A stretch of DNA of 64,000 nt. Origin: Bugula neritina. Taxonomy: Eukaryota; Animalia; Bryozoa. Each line of letters starts with the position of its first letter. The first letter of the stretch is position 1. A program made the position numbers and the translations under genes. The stretch is from NCBI GenBank assembly GCA_964035545.1, contig OZ037765.1:18538995-18602994 (forward strand). Direction: 5' to 3'. Shown here piece by piece: positions 11,264 through 23,097 of the stretch. The notes under the pieces were generated by a model. That model ran no database searches, was not told the DNA's origin, and saw only the letters and a program-made list of their open reading frames with translations.

Positions 11264-13110
11264 ATGGTCAGATCAAAAAGGAGCCCTAACAAGTCTAGGG
11301 CATCTCAGAACAAATCAACATATGGTAAGCATATGCGATTGATATGTTATAGCAATGGACAATTTTCTCATAAACAGTTTTAAGAGTGCCAACAAGCAGA
11401 TCATGTACCTAGCTAGTAGAAATACTTTGAATCCTCGTAAATAGTGTAATACCAATAAAAATAATTTGTACTACAATTAACTTATTTGGTTTTCATTTTA
11501 GCACCAACTACCCGAAGACGGTTTAGACCAGGAACTAAAGCACTTAAAGAAATCCGGAAGTTTCAAAAGACAACACAGTTGCTAATTAGAAAGTTGCCAT
11601 TTTCGCGATTGGTATGTGCTCTAAAATATTTATACCTGAAGAAATTTAATATACTTTGAGGCCTGTTCTCATTAAAGCAGTTTTTAAAAACTGGTGAGAT
11701 TTGTAAAACATATTTTGCGGATTTAACTATGCTTGAATACTTGGACATTTTTTAAAAGTTGGCACCCTCGCTTTGGTGTAGCAAGTTGAAAATTATGTGT
11801 TTATTCATAATCACATGTCTATTTCTTATCAAGACTCGCCATAATTGTAGTTTAAAAAAATGCTACAAAAGTCTTCTACTATCTATTTTCTCACCTATTT
11901 CTGCTTTGTCCTGTTCTTCTACTATCTATATTGAATACAAACGTTTTTTTGAGATGACCGGTTTTAAAAAACAGTGTTTTACAAAAGCATTTCAATGGGA
12001 ACAGGTCTTTTTTTTCTCTTTTTGAATGGTTCTTTTTAATAATTAGCTAGCCTAAAGGTGCCATCCCAACATACTTAATGGTTGGATGTACAATTTCTCT
12101 TTAATTTTTTTTATTTCAACAACTCATTTTAGTTTTTATTTTACAATTTTGCATTTTGACGATAAGCGCTCGCTGCTCAATAACAAAACTTTCAAGATAG
12201 TTAAATATACATTCTAGCTATTACACACTCAAGGTTTGACTTTCTAACAATTGATTTATAACTACTAATGTAAACTACTCTTGGGTTTAAAATGCAGTTT
12301 AAAAATTACTACTATAAAGACTTTTTATTTCGTTGTTCATAAGTGTTACAACCTCATGCAACAGTTGTTCTATTAAATATGAAAAAAAAGTTTCAGAATA
12401 AGATTTAATACGCATTTTTTTTCTTTTCATCTGCTGAATTTTGCCAGTTCCTACTTTGTGTACTAATTTTAATATGTTGATAATTCTTTTTTTTTATTTC
12501 CATTTTATCTTAAAGACTTCCAAATGTTGTTACACTCATCGTTGTAAATTTTTTAACTTGACCAACATGCTAGACAAGCCTGACTTTATGTAAGCAATGC
12601 CACAATGCTGATATGAAATATTTTTAGGTAAGAGAAATAGCCATGCAGCAAACAGGAATACACTATTTGTGGAATGCTACTGCCATAATGGCACTGCAGG
12701 AGGTTTGTAATTGTGATTTTATCGAACTTCACTACTTTTTTGTGCAACCCTTTTCAGCAGTTTTTAGTCAAGTTAGCTTAAGGAATATTTTACATTTCCT
12801 GCAATAAAATTGTTAATCTTGTCGTCTTGTTGCCACATCTTCAGCTGGCAGGAGTTTTTCAGCTTCACCGATTTAAACAGAAGCTTTTAATTTGATTTAG
12901 AGTAACTACTAAGTACTTTGCGAGTCAACTGAAACTCGCTGAAACATTGCTCAAAATGCCTCTAGTTCTTCAGTCTAACCTTTTCAGGCAGCAGAAAGCT
13001 ATTTGGTGAGCTTATTTCAAGATGCAAATATGTGTGCCATCCATGCAAAGAGGGTGACAATAATGGTTAAAGATCTACAGCTTACTCAAAGAATAAGGAA
13101 CATTTTATAG
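11264..13110 (+). CDS. CENPA: Centromeric histone H3 variant CENP-A (cenH3), 122 aa, 4 coding exons
   Basis: Exons 11264-11324, 11502-11611, 12628-12702 and 12988-13110 splice in frame to [122 protein letters not shown]. Histone fold with cenH3 hallmarks relative to H3: Q68->S, loop 1 one residue longer, F84->W, T107->A, divergent N-tail. Confidence 0.92.
11659..12008. mobile_element. Probable MITE in CENP-A intron 2
   Basis: Imperfect TIRs aggcctgttctcattaaa / ttcaatgggaacaggtct (15/18 match), with additional inverted sub-terminal tttttaaaaactggt / accggttttaaaaaa. Confidence 0.5.
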
Positions 13111-13551
13111 TATATATATTTATATGTTTATGGTTGTAAATAGCTTTTTACGTAAGTTTTATCTATATTCATACAAAATAATAATCCGCATCTTTCATAA
13201 ATATTTTTATTTAATATATTTAGAATAATTGAAACTATTGTAGTCCATCAATATGTTGAACTGATATGTAAATGAATGAAACATTTGATAACATATTCAA
13301 TAATGTGGAATTATCATTAAGTATGCAAGAGCATGACGAAAAATACAAAAAATTGTGTATATAAAATATTAACAGGTTATTATTATTGGAAACTAATTAA
13401 CTTGCATTTCTATGGGACAATATAGCAAAATTTAAAATTGCAAGTAAATACATGTATTATAAGATATATAATCTAGCATAGCTGATTAGTGAATATAAAT
13501 TAATAAAAATTGCGGAAAATAAGTTAGGAGTCAAGAGTGTTGGAACAGAAT

Positions 13552-16500
13552 TTATTTGAATGACCCAAGACCAGCAAAGGCACTGTCAGCTCTCTGCTGC
13601 ATGACTTGTTGGTGAGGTGTTGGTTGTCTGGGAGTCTGAGAATATGTCTGGCCAGACATTCCTATTAAAAATTAGTAATATAATTGAACTATTTTCAATG
13701 GCAACTTGATCCCAATGCCTGTTTTCCAAGATCTAACACAAAATGTTCTGGTTCATTTAATGTCAATGTATATGCTAAAAATACTGTCTTCTAATACATC
13801 CTCCAAAACTGACTTAGGAACAAGCAAGTCATTTACTAAATAATCATAACAATACCTTGTGCATTTTGAAATGGGAAATTTATAAGGTGCATATACAATA
13901 TTACAAATTGCGCACAATTTAAGCGAATTTCATTTTTTTGTAATTTTCAAAATGTGAGAATTTGGTATTTAAAAGAAAATTCAACTTCGAATAATTACCG
14001 TTGCAAGTTGGCACAACAGAAATGCAATGGCATTAGTAAACATTTACATACTTTTAGAAGGAAGAAACAAACCCTCTATGTTTGACATATATTATGTGGA
14101 TAATTACAGCAAATATGGGGTTTTCAATTTTTGTCAATAATTCTTTAACAAAAACCATAAAATGTTAATATTGATAACATATACAAGCAAGTTAATTTAT
14201 ATAGTCACAGCTTCATAACACACTCATAGTCTTAGCATTTCAATGCTATTTGAATTTCGTTCAACTAAATAATATTGGCACTGAAATTATATGTTGGTGA
14301 TCTACAAGCAAAATACTCTCTGCTGATTTAACAAGGTAGGTCATGTAACTCACTGTTAGCTGATTACAGATTCAAACCAGTAAATTGTTTTGGCCATATA
14401 TCTACATCAAGTAGTTGTATAAAACAGACTATAATTGCTTGGTCAGCAGTATTGCTACTTTTTAGTGGGGATACGAAAGCATATAACGACATACCCATCA
14501 TGGGCATTCCCATAGACGCTGTGCCAATCATTTGAGGTTGCATCATGCCCATTTGTGCAGACATAGGCTGCTGAGACATCATATTCATCTGCCCACCACC
14601 CATCATGGGTGTCTGCATTCTGACTTGCATCATGGGCTGCTGTACTTGGGGAGTCATGCCTCCAGGACTCACTACTCGTACAGGGCTACCTACAAGTTCA
14701 AACAGACTAGGTGTATAACAGCTTACCAAGTATATTAGATAGCTGCTGCAACATACACAACATGTTACATCTTGCCAGTGACAATATATTATAGAATAAT
14801 TATTGTAGGAAAACGAATAATTCTCAGTTAAAGTAGTAAGGCATACTCACTAGCAAGTTGATTCATACTGGGAGCAACTGGCTTTTGTTGGGACCGGCCC
14901 AGATTATCCAAATCAATGTTCACCTTGCCACCTGTGTTGTTCCACGTAGATCCCATTTGCTATCGAAAACAACAGTCTAAATTAGAACCTCTATTTGTCG
15001 TAAAAATTGACAGTTTGACCAAATGAATGCTAAAGAAAGACTCACTGGTGCAATGGATTGCAACTGAGACACTGGGGTTGCTGAGTGCATATTTGGCTGC
15101 ATTGACATGGCAGAATTATTTAGGTGCATGTACGGCTGGGTCATGCCCATATTTCCAGCCATCATATTGTTGTTTCCAGTATTAGGCATCATCATACCAC
15201 TCGGCATCATCATACCACTTGTTATATTACCTGATGACATCATACCACTTGATGACATCATGCCACCTGATGACATCATATTATTTGATGACATCATACC
15301 ACTTGATGACATCGCACTATTTGATGACATCATACCACTTGATGACATCATGCCACCTGATGGCATCATATTGTTTGATGACATCATACCACTTGATGAC
15401 ATCATATTATTTGATGGCTGTAAAGACTGCTGGGAATTAACGGTTGTAGGCATTCCTGCCATCAAGCTGTCTACACCACCGGTATTGACAGGGGTAGAAA
15501 ATAGATCAGTACCCATAAGTATACCGCCAGTATTGGAAGGTTGTTGTGTCATGGAATTTGATGTTGAGCCCTGTAATAACAAATAAATTAGAAATTACCA
15601 ATACATTTATTTTTACCCACTGATAACTTTTAGTAGATTCAATAACTATACAAATCATATACATTCATATTTCCATTTTGAATATGCATGTTTAGAAAAG
15701 CCGGACTTAAGCTGCAGAGCTCACCCCCAATGATAGCCCTTCAAGGTCATCTAACAAGTTTCCTGGAGGTTTATTGGCTGGCTGAGAGGGTGCAGAAGGC
15801 GATAATGCTGTAGGGCTGTTTGCACCTGATGGTGGTGAAGGAAAACTAGCAGCAGAAAACTCTGCAAACTCCCCTTGTCTACGGAAAATAAGAAGAGATC
15901 AACATATAGCAACGTATTTTAAATCAAAAGAAAAATATACATAATGTAGCAACACTTGATAGTACATATGCAAGGTGTAGTTATTCCTTGTTATTCATAA
16001 ATTCTGTCTAATTCCACCAAAAAAAGTATGAAAACTGGCTTTCTTAAAATTATGAACTGCTGGGGTAACACTATTGAATCATGTTGATTCATTTAACTTT
16101 TCAAAGAAAATAAAACTGTTAACCTTTATTTTTATTTCTTACAACTTCCAATTTGTACAGAGTATTTCTGGTACATTGGCAGTTGAATACTTTATCCATA
16201 TACTACTGTCTTACATTACAGCACTCTGTACATTTGTACAATCTACTCATAGCATGACTTTAGTATCCTAACACGTTGCATGCAGTTAAACATTGTGCAG
16301 AACTCACTGAGTGGCGGAGGTATCTTCACCAAACTTTGAGAAATCCGCAAATTCTTCATCTACAACAATAAAACAAAATAAAAGCAACTTGTAAAAACAC
16401 ATGGTGCTATTATGAGGAGTTTCAGATGGTTATTTCAAACTCATTACTTTATGATTGATTTATACATATGGAAACTCAAGATGTTGACTAACAATCTTCA

Positions 16501-19500
16501 CTGTCCATCTACCAACCTGGTTTATTAGTTGTGTGTTTCCTAGTAGCACCATTATCCCTAGACGAACCCCGAGGATTAAAATCATCGTCGTCGTCATCAT
16601 CTTCAAATTTTCTAGACTGAATAAAAATGTAAAAGTTAGACTGAGACTAAGGAAAGACTTCTGAAAAATGGATAGTTTCGATATTACTTGTGGAGAAAAC
16701 GTACGTTTTTAGAGTATGTGTGGGATGGACTTCGTTCATGACCACGAGAGCCATTGCTAACATTGTCAAAATCGTCTCGGTATCCTCTGCTGTCATATGG
16801 ACTTCTCTTGCTATTGTATTCAAAGTCATCGTGAAAATCGTCACCTCTGCAAATATATGATTGCAATGCAGGAGGTGACAGCTGTGTTTGAAGCACACAA
16901 CATTTTATGCAGCAAGTTTTCATGGGCCAATATCAGTTCAACCTTTTGCTAGTTTGTGAACTAATGAACGGCTTTCTAATACTTATTCATTGATTTCAAG
17001 TTTTGAGAGTTGTTTGCACATTGATTTGACAAATGTATTATATTGAATACCAAATATTACACATACAAGTACAGCCATAATTCAATGCAGTGAGCTAATT
17101 CTTTAACAAGGCGGGGTCCATCGAATTACAGGTTTGCAGATTACTACAATGCATGAGAAAATAACGACTTATTCTCAGAGCTGCTTACATTGTGTTTGGA
17201 CCGAAAAATAAAGCTTATGAAGAATTTCAGTTAAATTTTACCATTATAAGTGCAACTCTAGCACCATTTGAATTTGAGAACATCTGGCGCTAAGCTAAAA
17301 AATTATAATTTGGTATTGGAGTATGTACTGGGTTTAGCAGCATTAATAATTTAGTTGGCCAGTATTAGACCTAGTCAACAACATATTCATTTTATATATA
17401 TATGAAACTAGCAGGTATTTAGTTAAAAATAACGTAATGTGACCATATAAACCAAGTGAAAATGTTAGCCACCATCATCCTAGCACCTAGTACATTCAGA
17501 TCTCAGACACTGTGACAGACATATACAAGGAAAGTCTGCAAAATTTTATTTCCAACAAACTGCAGTGTTTGAACTTGTAACGTTGAGCAAGGAGGCACTG
17601 CATGTGCTGCCTATGATTGTTACCAAGCTGACTGACTGCACCCTGAGTACACCAGTAGGCGGGGGGAGGGGGTGGCAGCACCTACCCGTATCCATCAGGA
17701 CCACCAGTCTCGTAATTCTTCTTACGGCTGTTCCACAAGTCCTTAACAGTACTAGTCACTTTGTCTAACGCCTGCTCAGCGGGGTTCATTCTCCGGTTTC
17801 TTGGACTCTCAAAGTCGTCTATGTCCTCCATTCTAGAGCGGCGGGATGACCCTCCGCCCCCTCCATGTCCACCATAACCATAGTCATCTACTAAACATAT
17901 TCACAAGCATATTGCCAAAACCTTTGTATAAATTTAGAGCCTCAACTCACAGAATTCAAGCATAAATTTGCTAAATATATCGGTGTACAGCAAGCACTTG
18001 CAGCTAAAACATTTCCACCCTATTTTTAAAGCATAGTCACTTGAAGTTTAGCAAAAATTAGAATACAGTTGCAGCCACCCTGATGCAGAGGCAGTCAATA
18101 CAATGAGCACACTACTTACCGTATCCACCAGATACCCCCACATATTTATCTCTCAGTTTTTTTGCTTTTTTTCTTTCTTCTCTTAATCTGTCATCATCAC
18201 TAAGAATATCCAGTATTTCTTTAGCTTTTGTTCTAACTAAAATTATTCAAAATGAATTGTACACAATATTTAAATAAAAAGGAAAAATCCCTGAAAAAAT
18301 GCTTGTGTAGTAGGCCTATGTAAGTGATAAACATACACAATATCCATGCATTTTAATATTACTTAAAAAATCAACAAATTTTGTCCAATTTATATCGAAA
18401 AACTAATGAAACTTTAAGCTTCGTTCATAGATTAAATGAATTTTAGATAAAAATTCAAACACAAAGTTTCAGTTGATTTTTTCAAAATACGTTTATTAGA
18501 AGTAATTATCTAACAAACATGGCTAATTGTACAGCTGCAAGTATTTCCACAAATCTGAATACCTAATGTAGTTTAGTGTACTATCCACATACGTACCATT
18601 TCAGAACACAAGTTACACCACACCGACAGCAAAAAACCTACCAGCTACACTTGGTTTCTAAATCAAAAAGATCCACTATCATTTACCATTAGCTGTGCAC
18701 ACCTCCACTAACTCACCATTAATTCCCTGGTCACGATTATGTTCATCTGTGAATGTATAAGACTCGAGTTGTCTCATGTCATACGTGTGCTCTCTGGCAG
18801 CTGACACCACTCTCTCTGAGCCATTCCTCATCAAATGAGCAAGCAGCAGCAATGACTACAACACAATACTTGTCAGCACTCTACAGTGAGTCTACTGCAC
18901 TACCCAGCTAACAACACTCCAGTACTTTAGTAAAGGGCATGTTTAAAGGTGAGTTTTGCTGAAGAAATGCCTACAGAATAACTTTGCCCATGATAGATAA
19001 CCTTAGCCATGGCCCAAACTAAATATGCAAATAATCAAAAACACATTTTAAAACGGTAGATAAAAGAAATGGAATTTCTAGTTACAGCCTGCATATAAAA
19101 CAGTATGTAGGTTACTATGATCAAACAGAACACAGCTTTTGACTATTGTGATGACTACTACACACTGATAAGATGAGATATGAAACCAGTAAACAGTGCT
19201 GCTATTATCATTGCATTGGTGGGCTGATATGCACTGATATACACATTAGCTGTTGTCATATTCCTTATTCAGATTGAAAATTTGTGTCAACTAATTCCAA
19301 AAAAGCAGTAGGCCTTTCTTTCACTATCGTAGGAGAGACCCACACAACAGAAGACTACACAATAACAGGGTTGACTTACTTTATACACTCTCCGCCAGTC
19401 TCTTCTATTCTCATGCAGCATTCTCTTCCACAGCATGCCCATTATCTCAGGAAATGCTTCATAACTGTTTGTAAGTTGAGCAATTTCAGACATAAGAGAG

Positions 19501-22500
19501 CCATGAGGACCCCATGCTTGATCATTAGTGGCTTCCCGTACCTTGGACTCGGCCTCAGTGTAGTTCATTACCACATTGGTACTGTTTAAAAAACATTCTG
19601 AAACATCACATCTATGGAGGGAAGCAACACTGTTTAACGAAAGAGTGCTAGAAGAAAGTAACCATGAGATCTTTCAAAACTACTCTACATCCATTAAGTT
19701 TTCTTGGTTACATCAGTGATTCAACACACAACCCAAGCCAATCCCAAATTCATAACTGCTCCAATTTTAGATTCTATGTACCTAATAATTATGTCCCATG
19801 ACTGTGTGCAGTGCAGTGGGTAAATTGAGGGCTGTGGCTTCAAATACAAGAGTAAGTTTATGTCTACACTATACAATTATATGTTTACGCTTCTTTTTCA
19901 TGCATTTAAATTTGAACAAAACTACACAAGTTTTACAGAGGATCTAGTAACCAATATTAACAATTGAAAACTTTGATTAAAAAACATTGTTTCCATCATA
20001 AAAATATGCTTTTTCGGACCCTAATAGTATCAAGTCTAACAAAATACCAGCAGAATGCAAAGGGTGAGTAAGAAAACCAAGTGATGTAGAAGATGCCTGT
20101 ACACAGCATAGACATTGACTTACTTTGAAACACCAGCATAGTAGCTATAACCCATGTATTTTTATAACATCTTAAAAGAGCAGCTACATCACAAGCACCC
20201 TGTCACATTACCTCCCACCCATGTCCCAATCAGGCTTTAGTCTTTGCAGAGAATGCACATCATTATCATTTTTTTACTAGCAAAAATTTTGCATACTTTT
20301 AATTGGCAGCAAATACTGCAGTTGCACTTTGCAGCATACAACTCCTATAACATTCCTAATCCTGTAACGCACATTAGATTACTCGATTGAACTGATGAAA
20401 ATTTAAGTTACTCCCCCCCCCCCAGCAAATTTGTAGTCATACTTAAAATAAACAAGAACCAGTTGGAGTAATTCAATTTTGTATGAAACAAGCAATTTTA
20501 AACTTGAATCAAGCAATGTAGCACAATTTATTAGTGTTGAGAGTCAACTGAAGGAATACTAATTTTGCTTTAGTAGTAATGCTACAGCGACTTTTTGAAT
20601 TCTACTAGTTTTCACAAAAGCTTATGATATTTAGCCCTAAACCAAAAAATAACTTCTTAAACAAATTATTTCTTTAAAATTGGAGTTCAAATAAACAGAA
20701 ACAGAACACATTTTGTAGCTCTCTGCCATAAAGGCTTGACAGGCCTCAACATGAAACACTAATTTAAAATAAATGATGGTTAGGTCTACACAGAATTGGC
20801 AGTTTATACTCAATTCAACTTATTGCAATCTCCTATTATCATGCCATTGGAACCCTAGGTTAGAGTTGATGAGCTACTGGCTACTGTTAAATCCATCATC
20901 ATTAGGTACAAGACAACTATGGGGCCTACTTTAAAATTTATTAGTAATACTTGATTAATAATAGTACACAGAGCCATGACAGCTGCAGTAATGAATTTTG
21001 ATACTGAATTATTGAAATAGAGCAATCCTTAAACTAAAACTAATATATATATAGTTCAGTAACTTCAAGTTACGTATACCTATCATCATATTTCCAATAT
21101 TACAAAAATATTTACAGAGTAATAGTTAGCATAATTATAACAATACCCTGTAAAACTAAATATAATATTCAACATTATACTAATCGGCAAAGTCTCATCT
21201 ACGTTAAGCTACTATCAACAGTAACTAGATACTTATGTTAATAGTGCTACTAAAACTAATACATCAAAATGTTTAAATTATTTTATCATTCACATAATTG
21301 ATTTCAATAGTTAAAGGTTTTAGTTTTACCGTTTCAGTGTTTTTTATATCTGTATTAGTATTACTACTTATTAATTTCTTGAACATTAGTGGCCGAAAAA
21401 GCAAGCAAAAACTATGAAACTACATAGAATGTTTACATTTGTAAATAGACTTTCAACAGAAAAATGGAGCAGTTTAAATTATACTTATATTGCACAAATT
21501 TATAAACTTAAATTGAAACTACAACTTTAAGCATAAAACTATTATAGAAGATCAATAGACGTATTCCTATTTTAATCACTAATGAGTAATGATAGTTTCA
21601 ATGAACACGGCTAATTATAAGCCTAAGGAATCCAGTAATGTTCCAATAAATGCAATATATATAACTTTTTACATTAACTTAGAATTTCTCGCCTTTCTCA
21701 CCCAAACAGCTGTGCCTGCAGGCATACACGGTAGCTTCAACTTATATGAACCATCAGTAGTAATAGTACTAATAGGCATAATCATAATGATAGTAATATA
21801 TTTATATATATACAGCATATCAGTATACTTACAGTTACTGTTAGTATAATACTATTAATATCAAATAATACTTATACTTTTAGTTTAACTTCAAGTTATA
21901 CTAAAATACTAGTCTGGGTGATACTCACAGGCACACTGATAAGTGATAATCATAATGACATTTACAGAACATTACTGATTACTCGTAGTAGTACTAGTAC
22001 TACTAGCAGTACTAGTACTACCAGTAATATTCGACTTACTTTTAGTACTACTGATACTACTCAGGAGTCACTGCCAATAATATTGGAAATAAATTCACAG
22101 CTACAACTTCAATTTGAATTACTCCAACATGAGCATGAACAGTAAGTGTAACACCAACAACAGACACTGACAGTCACAGTAACAGTGAGCGTGATACACT
22201 CTGAATCATGCGCATGCTGACAGTAAGTGTAACTCAAACTGTAAGTGTAACTCAAACTGTAAGTGTAACACTAACAGTAACTGTGATACAAGACAATGAT
22301 TCATAATGTCAATGTGTAATTTAGAAAATTACTATTTAGTATTTTTATTTGCAAGTTCAAATTATATTTATAATCAATTCTAAAATTTAAATTATAATTA
22401 AAACTAATATTTATATTATTATTAATATTATAATTTAAATTATTAATATAAATATCAGTAAATTACTAAAAGTAAAAGTAAATATCAATATGAATATCAA

Positions 22501-22785
22501 TATGATTATGATACTAAAAGTAAAAGTAAATCTAATAGTAATACCGATTGTTAAGAAAACTCTTATGGTAAAATTTGTCAATATAAAAATAATACTAATA
22601 AGCACTACTACACTAACAGTATGACTTTATGCATATCCATCATAATCATTACATGCATTTAATTTTATATTTTCATTTTACTTTTAGGAGGCGTAACCTC
22701 TTGTCATAACATCATAATTTGAATCTTAGGAATTTATTTAGATGTTTACTCACACTTTATCGGCAAGTTCTTTTACTTTCCACAT
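13552..22785 (-). CDS. CLINT1: Clathrin interactor 1 (epsinR/enthoprotin), 13 coding exons
   Basis: Approximate exons: 22754-22785, 19380-19581, 18717-18855, 18120-18236, 17686-17887, 16705-16847, 16518-16616, 16308-16359, 15725-15878, 15046-15570, 14851-14959, 14495-14689, 13552-13661. N-terminus MWKVKELADKVTNVVMNYTEAESKVREATNDQAWGPHG...WRRVYKSLLLLAHLMRNGSERVV...DQGINVR...DDDRLREERKKAKKLRDKYVG is a CLINT1-type ENTH domain. Also EFADFSKF / EFAEFS adaptor-ear motifs, STWNN..VNIDLDNL, a Met-rich tail, and a C-terminus DSAFAGLGSFK*. Confidence 0.95.
15190..15415 (-). repeat. 15-nt coding tandem repeat (MMSSS/GG/NN pentapeptides) in CLINT1
   Basis: Repeated gatgacatcata(cc/tt)... units encoding SSSGMMSSNNMMPSGGMM. 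Confidence 0.85.
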
Positions 22786-23006
22786 GCTGTAATAAAGAAA
22801 TAGCTATTGAACAAATATGGTATATAAAGGCCAACTTTTAAGCAATGGTATTCTAGATGTTGACTGATTTGATCCAAATCTGACAGATTTTAGCATCTCT
22901 TCTAAATTCAGATTACGTTGAACTATGGTAGGTAATGTCAAGGACGGTTTGCAATGATATTAATCGTATTTATAAATAATAACTTTTATCACTGAGTAGT
23001 CACACA

Positions 23007-23088
23007 GCAGTCGTGGCCGAGTGGTTAAGGCGATTGACTAGAAATCAATTGGGCTCTGCCCGCGCAGGTTCGAATCCTGCCGACTGCG
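23007..23088 (+). tRNA. tRNA-Ser (AGA)
   Basis: GCAGTCGTGGCCGAGTGGTTAAGGCGATTGACT-AGA-AATCAATTGGGCTCTGCCCGCGCAGGTTCGAATCCTGCCGACTGCG: paired acceptor stem GCAGTCG/CGACTGC, A and B boxes, long variable arm, followed by a T7 run. Confidence 0.97.
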
Positions 23089-23090
23089 AA

Positions 23091-23097
23091 TTTTTTT
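23091..23097 (+). terminator. Pol III oligo-T terminator
   Basis: TTTTTTT 3 nt after the tRNA discriminator base. Confidence 0.8.

Noticed and set aside
11502-13110. Canonical histone H3 or H3.3
   Set aside because: No ARTKQTARKS tail, and all four cenH3 diagnostic changes are present.
15107-15586. Plus-strand ORFs with DDIIPL / MTSYHL repeats
   Set aside because: Antisense shadows of the CLINT1 Met-rich repeat exon.
19148-19240. Box C (GTGATGA) and box D (CTGA) motifs suggesting a snoRNA
   Set aside because: On the strand opposite the host gene, with no terminal stem or identifiable guide.
21589-22145. ORFs inside the 3-periodic tract, suggesting hidden coding sequence
   Set aside because: The periodicity comes from low-complexity TAN triplets; frames are stop-rich nearby, with no splice-consistent model and no recognisable protein.
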